A stretch of DNA of 64,000 bases from Spirulina sp. (GTDB taxonomy: Bacteria > Cyanobacteriota > Cyanobacteriia > Phormidesmidales > Phormidesmidaceae), in assembly GCA_044070495.1 (NCBI GenBank), contig JBIPSI010000004.1, positions 32,001 to 96,000 on the forward strand, given 5' to 3'. The position numbers and the translations under genes are program-made. Below the pieces are notes generated by a model. That model had not been told where the DNA came from, did not search any database, and saw only the letters and a list, made by a program, of their open reading frames with translations. Below, one piece after another: positions 10,167 through 19,996 of this stretch (position 1 is its first letter; each line of letters begins with the position of its first letter).

Positions 10167-11477
10167 GTGGCCCACGTCGCAATTGAAAACGTCTACAAGA
10201 CATTCCCAAAATCGAAGCAGTCCCCCGATACCGAGGCAGCCGCCACCGAGGCCCCCCCAGAGGGGACGGTGCTGAAGCGCATCAACCTCACGGTGGAGGA
10301 CGGGGAATTTATGGTGCTGGTGGGGCCATCGGGCTGTGGCAAAAGTACCCTGCTACGGCTGATTTCGGGCCTAGAACGCCTAACCGCCGGAAACATTTGG
10401 GTGGGAGAACGCAAGGTCAACGACCTGCCCCCCAAGCAACGGGATACGGCCATGGTCTTCCAGAGCTATGCCCTCTATCCCCACCTATCGGTGTACGACA
10501 ACCTTGCCTTTGGCCTGCGTCGTATGGGAGCCGACCTTGAAAAATCCCTGCCCGATTGGGAGCCAACCGCTAAGGCGATCCCCCTCAGCGACTCCCCCGC
10601 CAACCAAGAGCTAGAGCGCCTGCTGACCGAAAGCCGCTGGTGGGAAAAGCCCCTGGTCTCAGTGACGCGCCGCCTCCCCCCTAACCTGCGCTATGTCTCC
10701 GACGCAGAACGCCTAATTGATGAACGGGTGCGGGCAGTGGCCAAGATGCTGCAAATCGCCCCCCTGCTAAACCGCTACCCACGCCAGCTTTCCGGGGGCC
10801 AAAAGCAGCGGGTGGCCCTAGGTCGGGCCATGGCCCGCAACCCCCAGGTATTTTTGATGGACGAACCCCTCTCCAACCTAGACGCCAAACTGCGGATGGA
10901 AACCCGCGCCCAAATTGTGAACCTGCAACGGCAACTGGGCATCACCACCATTTACGTCACCCACGACCAAGTCGAGGCCATGACCATGGGCCATCGCATT
11001 GCCGTCATGTATCAGGGCCAAATTCAGCAGGTCGCCCCGCCCCTAGACCTCTACAACCGCCCCGCCAACCGCTTTGTGGCCGAATTCATTGGCTCGCCGC
11101 CGATGAACTTTATCCCCGTCCAGGTGCAGTCCCCCTACCTATTGATTCACCCCGAATTTCGCCTATCGCTACTGGGCGACTGGGAAGAACGACTGCACAG
11201 CTACGAAGGCCAATCCCTGCTCCTAGGCATTCGCCCCGAACATCTGAGCTTAGCCCTACCCGCCCCCAAAAATATTCGCGGCCAGGTCAGACACCTCGAA
11301 GCCCTCGGCAGCGAAACCTACCTCACTGTGCAGACCGAACGCCTCACCCTGCAAGCCAAAGTTCCCCCCGATCAACCCGTGCACATTGGCGACGAAGTGT
11401 GGCTCGGCATTGCCCCCGAAAAAGTGCATTTATTCGATCCCACCACCGAGCAGTCTCTGCTGAGCCAAGTTAACTAA
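10167..11477 (+). CDS. Carbohydrate ABC transporter ATP-binding protein (MalK/MsmX-like, TOBE domain)
   Basis: Walker A GPSGCGKS, VFQSYALYPH, LSGGQKQR, Walker B FLMDEPLSNLD, FIGSPPMN. Confidence 0.95.
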   Translation: MAHVAIENVYKTFPKSKQSPDTEAAATEAPPEGTVLKRINLTVEDGEFMVLVGPSGCGKSTLLRLISGLERLTAGNIWVGERKVNDLPPKQRDTAMVFQSYALYPHLSVYDNLAFGLRRMGADLEKSLPDWEPTAKAIPLSDSPANQELERLLTESRWWEKPLVSVTRRLPPNLRYVSDAERLIDERVRAVAKMLQIAPLLNRYPRQLSGGQKQRVALGRAMARNPQVFLMDEPLSNLDAKLRMETRAQIVNLQRQLGITTIYVTHDQVEAMTMGHRIAVMYQGQIQQVAPPLDLYNRPANRFVAEFIGSPPMNFIPVQVQSPYLLIHPEFRLSLLGDWEERLHSYEGQSLLLGIRPEHLSLALPAPKNIRGQVRHLEALGSETYLTVQTERLTLQAKVPPDQPVHIGDEVWLGIAPEKVHLFDPTTEQSLLSQVN

Positions 11478-14400
11478 TCGTTCCAGTGATAGAGTACTGG
11501 CCTAGGCTGCCATACTGGGTATAACCGTAATCACTACCCGAAGCGGCCTTGCCAGTGCCTTCCACACTAATGTAGTAATCACCAGCGGCTAGGGCAACAT
11601 TCAAAGCAGCAGAGATATTGTCAATGGGGTTTACCGTTTGAATTAATTGCCCCAACGAATTGTATAACTTCACCAAGACATCAAGGTTAGCTCCCCTAGA
11701 GAAGGGGGTAACGTTGAGAGCAATTTTCCCAGTTGAAGAATAGAATTTGAACCAATCGACATCGGTATTTTGTTCAATAATCCCGTAGGTTTGAACGTTT
11801 GAACCGCTAAAGAAAAGCCTGCTTGCCGTAGTTCTTAAGTCGCTGTAATCATCTTTACGATACCCAAATCCATTCTGAGTTATGATGATATAGAGATCAT
11901 CCTCTTGCCTAGTAGCTCCATAGTATTCTCCCTTACTCCACTGGGTTAGCTCTTGATAGTAACCCACCCCCATAATTGAAGCCCAGCCCGTTACACCTGT
12001 GCCGTGCCCCGCATAGTACTCATTAGTTGGATCTCCATCATGACTTAGCCCTAAGGTATGGCCAACTTCGTGACTAACCGCCTCAGCAATAGACTTATCA
12101 CCACCATACAGATTCTTTGAGAAGATAAACGTGGGTGTATCAGTATTCCAGTTAAAAGAGTTACGATAAGCAACTCCCCCCGCTGATTCAGAATACCAGT
12201 CTGACCACGATCCCCCAATTGCAACCCGAATTCCCCATCGGGTATCGCTACTATCGCTTTTAATTAAGTCAGATAAGCTTGGAGCTACGGTTGTTACATT
12301 CACGTTGAAGGGAATAAAATCCTCAGCCACTCTTTGCCAGATTTTCCAAATTGTTTCCCTTTCAGTTACAGAAAAAGATGTGCTGTTTCCGTCTGTATCA
12401 AAGGCTGGAGTAATTATACTACTTCGATCCGCCAAATTCCACGAAGTTCCGGTTGTTACATGGCCATCAAAGTCTAAGTAGATTGTGTGACTAGCATCAG
12501 ACTTGCTATTTAGGGAAAATACAGTACTTGAATTAAAGTCTTGATAGGTTAGGGGCTTAACAGACTTGGCGTTGATGAAAATTGCTTGATAGGTGGAGTT
12601 ATTGATTTCATTGCTTTCAGCTACATAGCCATAGCCATCGGCCTCAAAGAGGATATATTTTACTCCCGTTCCCCAACTTACATCGTAGATGAAGGCAAGA
12701 GAATCGTATTCTAAACTACCTGTCGCTAAACTACCAACGGAGTTATTCCCTAGGTAGCGATCATTGCTCGTATTGAGGGTGATATCGTCAGATAGCCAGT
12801 AGCGTACATAGCTATAGCCAGCGGTGTTTGTCCCCTGATTTTTGGTGTAAGCACTCACGGTAATTGAATCACCAGCGTTGGCAGAGGTGGGTGCGTACTG
12901 ACCGGTGATAATTAGGTCTGACTTGCCATTAATTGTAATCGCTCGATAGGCTACATTGTTACTTTCGCTACTTTCAGCTACGTAATCATAGCCATCAGAT
13001 TGGAAGAGAATGTATTTATTTCCGGTGCCCCAGCTTGCATCATAGGTGAATGTTAGATCGTCATACTCTGAGTTTCCGGCAGACAGCGCGTTTACATAGT
13101 CAGAACCGAGGAAATAGTCATCGCTGCTGGCAATAGTGTCGTTGGAAAGCAGATAGCGCATGTAGCTGTAGCTAGCGGTGCCTGTCCCTTGATTTTTGGT
13201 GTAGGCACTCACGGTAATTGAATCACCGACGTTGACAGAGGTGGGTGCATATTGACTGGTGATGACTAAGTCTGGCTTGCCATTAATCGTGATCGCTCGA
13301 TAGGCAACGTTGTTACTTTCATTATTTTCAGCCACATAGCCATAGCCATCGGCCTCAAAGAGAATATATTTCGTCCCTGTTCCCCAGCTTGTGTCGTAGG
13401 TAAAGATTAGGGTGTCATACTCCGAAATACCTATGGCTAAACTACCAACGTAGTTATTCCCTAGGTAGCGATCACTACTACTATTGAGCGTGATATCGTC
13501 AGACAACCAATAGCGTAGATAGCTATAACCAGCGGTGGCAGATCCTTGATTTTTGGTGTAAGAGCTTACGGCAATTGAGTCACCGATGGTGGCTGATGTC
13601 GGCGTATACTGACTGGTAATAACTAGGTCTGGCTTACCATTAATCGTAATCGCTCGATAGGCTACATTGTTACTTTCGCTACTTTCAGCTACGTAATCAT
13701 AGCCATCAGCTTGGAAGAGAATGTATTTATTTCCAGTGCCCCAGCTTGCATCATAGGTAAATGTTAGATCGTCATACTCTGAACTTCCGACAGATAGAGC
13801 GTTTACATAGTCAGAACCAAGGAAATAGTCGTCGCTGCTGGCGATGGTATCGTTGGATAGCAGATAGCGCATGTAGCTGTAGCTAGCGGTGCCTGTCCCT
13901 TGATTTTTGGTGTAGGCACTCACGGTAATTGAATCACCGACGTTGGCAGAAGTGGGTGCATATTGACTGGTGATGACTAAGTCTGGCTTGCCATTAATCG
14001 TAATGGCTTGATAGGTGACGTTATTACTTTCATTGGCCTCAGTGACATAGCCATAGCCATCGGCTTCAAACAGAATGTATTTAGACCCCGTACCCCAGCT
14101 TGCGTCATAGGTGAAGGTAAGGGAATCATATTCTGAACTACCTGTTGTCAAACTGCCAACATAATTGTTTCCTAGGTAGCGATCACTACTGGTATTGAGG
14201 GTGGCATCATCAGACAACCAGTAGCGCATATAGCTGTAGCCAGCAGCGGCATCGCCTTGGTTTTTAGTGTAGGCGTTTATGGTAATTGAGTCGCCTGCAT
14301 TGGCGGAAGTAGGTACATACTGATTGGTAACGACTAAATCTGGATTGGTTGGCGGTTGCCAGCTTACTAGGTTAGGCGTCCAGCGACTATCAACGGTAGC

Positions 14401-15744
14401 GAGGCTAGCACTACCTGAGATTTGGGCGTTATTTGTACCACCCATAAACCAAAGCACATTTTGTCCGGCGATTCCATGTCGCCACAGAATATCAGGACGA
14501 TTATCGCTATTAAAATCTGCAATTCCCTTAATGTCCCAGCCGTTAGCTACAGTTGCGAGGCTAGCGCTACCTGAGATTTGGGTATTGTTGGTGCCTCCCA
14601 TAAACCAAAGCACATTTTGTCCGGCGATTCCATGTCGCCAAAGAATATCAGGACGACCGTCACTATTAAAGTCTGAAATCCCTTTGATATCCCATCCATT
14701 ATCTACGGTGGTCAGGCTGGCACTACCTGAGATTTGGGTGTTGTTTGTGCCCCCCATAAACCAAATCACATTTTGTCCGGCTGTTCCATGCCGCCAAAGA
14801 ATATCCGGGCGACCATCTCCATTAAAGTCTGAAATTCCTTTAATATCCCAGCCGTTATCTACAGAGATAAGATTAGTATTGCTTAAATTCTGGGTGTTGT
14901 TTGTGCCTCCCATAAACCAAAGTATATTTTGGCCTGTGGTTTTGTGCCTCCAGAGAATATCAGGGCGATCATCTCCGTTAAAATCTGAGATTCCTTTAAT
15001 ATCCCAATTTTTGTCAAAGGTGGATACGCCAGTACTGCTTAATAGTTGGGTATTATGAGTACCTCCCATAAACCAGACATCATTGAGTCCAGTAGCGGCA
15101 TTTCTCCAGAGTATGTCAGGGCGGCTATCTCCATTAAAATCTAGTGTTGTAGTACTTTGTTCGACAGCTATGAGCTGATTATCTAGCCATAGAAAAGCAC
15201 GGTCATCTTCATCGTGTAATCGTAGCTTATCTTGATCAGACAATGAAGTGCCAGAGATGGCAAGGCTGAACCACTCACCTTCATCGCCAAGGGTATCCTG
15301 GACACCATTAAAATAAACGTCTAAAGCATGGCCATACTCTTCAATTAAAACCTGTTTTAGTCCAGTTAAATTATCTCGACTAGCTAACGATTTGGCAATA
15401 TAGACATGATTACTATCAGCAGCGTAGGCTCCTTTAGCTCCATTTAGAATCTGGTCGTCTAGGATCTGTATGGAAGGTTTATTAACTAAAACTCCGCTAC
15501 TCCAGTAGTCTAGTAGAATAGAAACTTCTGTAGATTCTTGGATGCCATAGATCTCCTCTAGCTGAATTGGCGCAAGGGAATCTTGAGCATAGCGTTGAAG
15601 GCTCTGAGTAATACCTTGAAAAGCCTCTTCAATGACCCCAAGACTTAGCGAACTATACAATTTATCGGCAGCTAATGCTGATAAATTGATCAGATTGCTA
15701 GACAGATCAAGCATGCCTATATCGCTCGACATAGTAGTGCGCAT
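11470..15744 (-). CDS. Large multidomain surface/secreted zinc metalloprotease: N-terminal EExxH domain, 5 FG-GAP-like repeats, 5 CARDB-like repeats, metzincin domain, PPC domain
   Basis: DFNxDxRPDILWR x5; DLV(V/I)T..KNQG..E.NESNN x5; HEVGHTLGLSH plus Met-turn SIMG; C-terminal DVDWFKF...GDYYISV; AT-rich relative to flanks. Confidence 0.85.
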   Translation of the reverse strand: MRTTMSSDIGMLDLSSNLINLSALAADKLYSSLSLGVIEEAFQGITQSLQRYAQDSLAPIQLEEIYGIQESTEVSILLDYWSSGVLVNKPSIQILDDQILNGAKGAYAADSNHVYIAKSLASRDNLTGLKQVLIEEYGHALDVYFNGVQDTLGDEGEWFSLAISGTSLSDQDKLRLHDEDDRAFLWLDNQLIAVEQSTTTLDFNGDSRPDILWRNAATGLNDVWFMGGTHNTQLLSSTGVSTFDKNWDIKGISDFNGDDRPDILWRHKTTGQNILWFMGGTNNTQNLSNTNLISVDNGWDIKGISDFNGDGRPDILWRHGTAGQNVIWFMGGTNNTQISGSASLTTVDNGWDIKGISDFNSDGRPDILWRHGIAGQNVLWFMGGTNNTQISGSASLATVANGWDIKGIADFNSDNRPDILWRHGIAGQNVLWFMGGTNNAQISGSASLATVDSRWTPNLVSWQPPTNPDLVVTNQYVPTSANAGDSITINAYTKNQGDAAAGYSYMRYWLSDDATLNTSSDRYLGNNYVGSLTTGSSEYDSLTFTYDASWGTGSKYILFEADGYGYVTEANESNNVTYQAITINGKPDLVITSQYAPTSANVGDSITVSAYTKNQGTGTASYSYMRYLLSNDTIASSDDYFLGSDYVNALSVGSSEYDDLTFTYDASWGTGNKYILFQADGYDYVAESSESNNVAYRAITINGKPDLVITSQYTPTSATIGDSIAVSSYTKNQGSATAGYSYLRYWLSDDITLNSSSDRYLGNNYVGSLAIGISEYDTLIFTYDTSWGTGTKYILFEADGYGYVAENNESNNVAYRAITINGKPDLVITSQYAPTSVNVGDSITVSAYTKNQGTGTASYSYMRYLLSNDTIASSDDYFLGSDYVNALSAGNSEYDDLTFTYDASWGTGNKYILFQSDGYDYVAESSESNNVAYRAITINGKSDLIITGQYAPTSANAGDSITVSAYTKNQGTNTAGYSYVRYWLSDDITLNTSNDRYLGNNSVGSLATGSLEYDSLAFIYDVSWGTGVKYILFEADGYGYVAESNEINNSTYQAIFINAKSVKPLTYQDFNSSTVFSLNSKSDASHTIYLDFDGHVTTGTSWNLADRSSIITPAFDTDGNSTSFSVTERETIWKIWQRVAEDFIPFNVNVTTVAPSLSDLIKSDSSDTRWGIRVAIGGSWSDWYSESAGGVAYRNSFNWNTDTPTFIFSKNLYGGDKSIAEAVSHEVGHTLGLSHDGDPTNEYYAGHGTGVTGWASIMGVGYYQELTQWSKGEYYGATRQEDDLYIIITQNGFGYRKDDYSDLRTTASRLFFSGSNVQTYGIIEQNTDVDWFKFYSSTGKIALNVTPFSRGANLDVLVKLYNSLGQLIQTVNPIDNISAALNVALAAGDYYISVEGTGKAASGSDYGYTQYGSLGQYSITGTIS

Positions 15745-16113
15745 CCTAATTGTGAAGGGATATCGATGACTGGCTTGACCAACCTGAGATGATAGACCAT
15801 TGAAGGTAGCAAGAAATCCTAGACTAATCTCAGCCTAGAGTCTGTCGAGGAGCTGTTTGTTTGAGGAAAGATTCCTTGCCCGGAGGTGTATAAAACGACC
15901 GTAAGAATAGAATTTGGAAGCCCAATATATTAGTTAAACTCCATGGGGCCAATAAGGGGAATCAGTAAAGTGACTGATTCTAGGGCTGTTTCCCACTTGA
16001 GCCTTATGCAACCTCAGTGATCTTGCTTGTTTTCTATGTCAATCTACATGGGCTATGGCTGGCGATGGGTCAGGCAATCAGGGGCATTGGTTATTTGTAG
16101 CAGCACTAAGAAA

Positions 16114-16150
16114 CCCCCGACCGCCTAGGCTTTGGCCTAGAAGCCGGGGG
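16114..16150 (-). terminator. Hairpin downstream of sqr
   Basis: CCCCCG...CTAGGC/GCCTAG...CGGGGG, followed by TTT on the minus strand. Confidence 0.45.
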
Positions 16151-16207
16151 TATGGTTTACGCTGGATGGAGTCTTCTGTGATCCTGCGGCTTATCGCAGG
16201 GAATGAA

Positions 16208-17533
16208 TTATTTAGAACGATAGCCGATGACGCCTTGCAGGGGCTTGAGTAGCTCGCCTTCAAAGGGTTTGCCCTTTAGCATTCGCTCCCAGTAGAGGTA
16301 GGGCAGCAGGTGCTTTTTCACCAGCCACATGCTCCAGCGTTCCTTGGCAGGGTTGATCAAAAAGCTGGCCACGGGGCGGTTGTCGTAGTCAAATTCGGCC
16401 ATAACGGTGTTGTTGTAGCCCGTAATTAGGGGGCAGCAGGTGTAGCCGTTGTAGGTTCCGGTGAGGGATTTTTGCTGCATGGTGGCGAGCAGGTTGGCCA
16501 CTAGGACGGGGGCCTCTCCGCGCACGGCGGCGGCGGTTTTGGAGGTGGGCAACGAGGAGGCATCGCCCAGGGAAAAGACGTTGGGGTAGCGATGGTGGCG
16601 CAGGGTGTGTTTATCTACATCCACCCAGCCGCCGGGGTTGTTGGGCACCGCCAGAGGGCTATTTTTGATGAAGTCTGGGGCGCTCATGGGCGGCACGACG
16701 TGGATCATGTCGTAGGGGATGATGGCCTGGTGGGTTTCGCCGTTTTCGGTGACATCGAAGACGGCTTCCTTGGTTTCGGCGCGAATTTCCACCAGGTTGT
16801 GATGGAATCGGGGTTCGATGCCGCGTCGGGCCACCACCTGATCCAGCACGTCGGAGTAGGTTTTTACCCCGAACATGGTGCCCCCAGCGGTGCAGAACAT
16901 CACCCGACTATTGACGCCGACGCCGCTACGTTGCTTAAAGGAATCGTCGGCCATGTACATGATTTTTTGGGGCGCACCGCCACATTTAATCGGCGTGTTG
17001 GGGTAGGTGAAAATGGCGGTGCCGCCGGTGAAATCTTGCTTAATCAACTGGCGGGTGTAGAGGGTGAGATCGCGGCGATAGTTGCTGGTAACGCCCCCTT
17101 TTCCGAGGGCTTCGGGCAGTCCTTTAATTTTGTGCCAGTCGATTTGAATGCCGGGGCAAACCACCAAATAATCGTACTGAATTTGCAGTCCGTCCTGGGT
17201 CAGCACCGTATTGTTATCGGGGTCGAGGGTCACCACCGCATCCTGAATCCAAGTGCTGCCCTTGGGGATGAGAGCTTTTTCTTCGCGGACGGTGTCCTCC
17301 ATGCGAAACTGCCCCCCCGCCACCAGCGTCCAGCCCGGTTGATAGTGGTGCTGTTCCGAGGGTTCAAGGATGGCAATGTCAAAACTGGGGTTGTAATCCA
17401 GCAGTTGAGCGGTCACGGTAATACCTGCCGCACCGCCGCCGATGACCACGATTTGGTGGCGCAGGGTTTGGCGGGGGCCATCCTGGTCTAGGTTGGCGGT
17501 GAGGGTCGTGGGAGCGTCGGAGGAAAGCGTCAT
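16208..17533 (-). CDS. sqr: Sulfide:quinone oxidoreductase, type II (SqrB/SQOR-like)
   Basis: GGGAAG FAD motif, HHYQPGWTLV, KCGGAPQKIMY, LGDASSLPTSKTAAA, GYTCCPLITG. Confidence 0.85.
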   Translation of the reverse strand: MTLSSDAPTTLTANLDQDGPRQTLRHQIVVIGGGAAGITVTAQLLDYNPSFDIAILEPSEQHHYQPGWTLVAGGQFRMEDTVREEKALIPKGSTWIQDAVVTLDPDNNTVLTQDGLQIQYDYLVVCPGIQIDWHKIKGLPEALGKGGVTSNYRRDLTLYTRQLIKQDFTGGTAIFTYPNTPIKCGGAPQKIMYMADDSFKQRSGVGVNSRVMFCTAGGTMFGVKTYSDVLDQVVARRGIEPRFHHNLVEIRAETKEAVFDVTENGETHQAIIPYDMIHVVPPMSAPDFIKNSPLAVPNNPGGWVDVDKHTLRHHRYPNVFSLGDASSLPTSKTAAAVRGEAPVLVANLLATMQQKSLTGTYNGYTCCPLITGYNNTVMAEFDYDNRPVASFLINPAKERWSMWLVKKHLLPYLYWERMLKGKPFEGELLKPLQGVIGYRSK

Positions 17534-17783
17534 GGAATTGGCGGGTGAAGGGGAATTGGAATATTAAAACTGCTAATAACGAGCATCAGGGCTCATTATA
17601 GAAAGTCGCCAGGGGCCAACAGAAGAGGCCGCAGCGAAAGAAAACCTTAAGCTTGGGGCCATGCCTCTAGGTCAGCCGCTGTCACACATGTCGAGGATAG
17701 GGAGGATAGGGACTTTCCCCTGTTCCCGACGCCCCTAAGCTTTACAATCAGAGGGATTTTCCCTGGGATTCGTCCGCCCCGCC

Positions 17784-18713
17784 ATGACCGCCTCTCCCCG
17801 TCGCAATCTCTACCGTTTGGAACGTCTACCCGCCCAAATTCCCCAGGCGGCGGTGCCCTACCTGTTTTTGCTGCCCGCCCTAGTGGCGCTGACCATTTCC
17901 GTCTTCTGGCCCGCCCTGCGTGCGTTTTACCTCAGTTTCACCAGCTTTGGCCTGGATCTCACGGCCCCACCCACCTGGGTAGGTTTGGCCAATCTAAGGC
18001 GTCTGATGGCCGACGAGGTGTTTTGGCAAACGGTGCGCAATAGCCTGGTCTACCTGCTGGGAGTCGTCCCGGTGCTCACCTTTGCGCCCCTGGGGCTAGC
18101 GATTTTGGTGAACCGTCAACTGCGGGGCATCCACTGGCTGCGGGTGGCTTACTATTCTCCGGTGGTGGTGTCGATGGTGGTGGCGGGCATTGCCTGGCGC
18201 TGGCTCTATGCCGAAAATGGCCTGTTTAACCAACTGTTGCAGGCGACCGGATTGTTTCCCCAGGGCATCCCCTGGCTCACCAGCCCCAGCTTGGCGCTGT
18301 GGAGCGTGATGCTGGTGACGATTTGGAAGGGCATGGGCTACTACATGGTGATCTACCTGGCAGGGCTGCAAAGTATTCCCCAGGATCTCTATGAGGCGGC
18401 GGCGATTGATGGTTCCGACGGCTGGCGACGCCATTGGGACATCACCCTACCCCTGATGCGCCCCTACCTGTGGCTGGTGGCGATTATTTCCGCCATTGCC
18501 GCCACCAAGGTGTTTGAGGAGGTCTACATCATGACCCAGGGTGGCCCCCGTAATAGCTCTAAAACCGTGGTCTACTACATCTACGAGCAAGCCTTTGAAA
18601 AGCTGGAAATCAGCTATGCCTGCACCATCGGGCTAGCTCTATTTTTGGCGATTTTGGCCCTTTCGGCCCTGCGCTTAGCCCTCGGCAATCAGGACGTAAC
18701 GCCCCTAGGTTAG
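17784..18713 (+). CDS. Carbohydrate ABC transporter permease (LacF/UgpA-like)
   Basis: Six TM segments, EAA loop LYEAAAIDG, MTQGGP. Confidence 0.93.
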   Translation: MTASPRRNLYRLERLPAQIPQAAVPYLFLLPALVALTISVFWPALRAFYLSFTSFGLDLTAPPTWVGLANLRRLMADEVFWQTVRNSLVYLLGVVPVLTFAPLGLAILVNRQLRGIHWLRVAYYSPVVVSMVVAGIAWRWLYAENGLFNQLLQATGLFPQGIPWLTSPSLALWSVMLVTIWKGMGYYMVIYLAGLQSIPQDLYEAAAIDGSDGWRRHWDITLPLMRPYLWLVAIISAIAATKVFEEVYIMTQGGPRNSSKTVVYYIYEQAFEKLEISYACTIGLALFLAILALSALRLALGNQDVTPLG

Positions 18714-18878
18714 GCGGGATCCCGCTAGTAAGGAGTGACGTTGATTCCAGATGCAGTATCTAAACAAAAATTCGCTGACCGCCTGAGTGGCGGTTTGAAC
18801 CACCAGAGGCCAAGGATTGTCCATGCACCCGAAGAGCAACGCCCTTTAAAGTAATCACTGTGACTACGGAACGATTTT

Positions 18879-19967
18879 ATGACGACTGAAAAAAATTTGT
18901 TCACCCCCATTTCTCTGGGGCGGTACGAACTCCCGAACCGCATTGCGATGGCCCCCCTCACCCGTAACCGGGCCGGATCTGGAAACGTGCCCCAGCCCTT
19001 GAATGCCCTTTACTACCAACAACGGTCTTCGGCGGGGCTGATTATTACGGAAGCCAGCCAGGTTTGCCCCCAGGGGCAGGGTTACCCCGCCACGCCGGGA
19101 ATTCATAGTGCCGAACAGGTGGAAGGCTGGAAGGCTGTCACCCAGGCGGTGCATGACAAGGGCGGACGCATCTTCCTGCAACTCTGGCATGTGGGCCGTA
19201 TTTCCCATCCCTCCTTCCAGCCCGATGGTGCCCTGCCCGTAGCCCCTAGTGCTATCCGGCCCAAGGGCGATGCCATGACCTACGACGGAATGCAGCCCTT
19301 TGTCGTCCCTCGCGCTTTGGAACTGGACGAAATTCCTGGCGTTATTGAACAGTATCGCCAAGGTGCTAAAAATGCCATGGAAGCCGGGTTTGATGGTGTG
19401 GAAGTGCATGGTGCAAACGGCTATCTATTGGATCAATTTTTGCGGGACGGCACCAACCAGCGCACCGATGCCTATGGCGGCTCCCTAGAAAATCGGGCGC
19501 GTCTACTGCTGGAAGTGACCCAGGCGGTGGTGGACGTATGGGGGAGCGACCGGGTGGGCGTGCGGCTTTCCCCCAGCAGCACCTTCAACGACATGGCCGA
19601 TTCCGACCCTAAAACAACGTTCAGCTACGCCATCCAGGCTCTGAATGCCTTCAGCCTGGCCTACCTGCATTTGCTAGAACCCAGCGAAGCCGACCTGCGC
19701 TACGGCGGCACCCCCATCCCCACCCGCAAGTTTCGGTCCCTATACAACGGGACGCTGATGGTGAACTGGGACTATGATCAAGCCTCTGGCCACCAAGCCA
19801 TTGCCGAGGGCCATGCTGACCTAGTGTCCTATGGCAAACTGTTCATCGCCAACCCTGATTTGCCCCGTCGATTTAAGGAAAACGCCCCCCTCAACGAACC
19901 CAATCCCGATACCTTCTACGGTGGCGGGGCCGAGGGCTACACCGACTACCCTAGCCTGGGAGACTAG
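18879..19967 (+). CDS. Old yellow enzyme family alkene reductase (NemA-like)
   Basis: MAPLTRNRA, QLWHVGR, HGANGYL, NQRTDAYGGS, GYTDYP. Confidence 0.95.
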   Translation: MTTEKNLFTPISLGRYELPNRIAMAPLTRNRAGSGNVPQPLNALYYQQRSSAGLIITEASQVCPQGQGYPATPGIHSAEQVEGWKAVTQAVHDKGGRIFLQLWHVGRISHPSFQPDGALPVAPSAIRPKGDAMTYDGMQPFVVPRALELDEIPGVIEQYRQGAKNAMEAGFDGVEVHGANGYLLDQFLRDGTNQRTDAYGGSLENRARLLLEVTQAVVDVWGSDRVGVRLSPSSTFNDMADSDPKTTFSYAIQALNAFSLAYLHLLEPSEADLRYGGTPIPTRKFRSLYNGTLMVNWDYDQASGHQAIAEGHADLVSYGKLFIANPDLPRRFKENAPLNEPNPDTFYGGGAEGYTDYPSLGD

Positions 19968-19996
19968 GGTATGACTTTGGAGGAAGGCAGGATAAG

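Noticed and set aside
14324..15058. 244-aa repetitive ORF on + strand
   Set aside because: Antisense shadow of the FG-GAP repeats of the large protease
16592..17491. 299-aa + strand ORF (also 1298-2101, 8040-8678, 22623-23282 and 52363-53268 on the - strand)
   Set aside because: Antisense shadows of well-supported genes, expected in GC-rich coding DNA; no recognisable motifs
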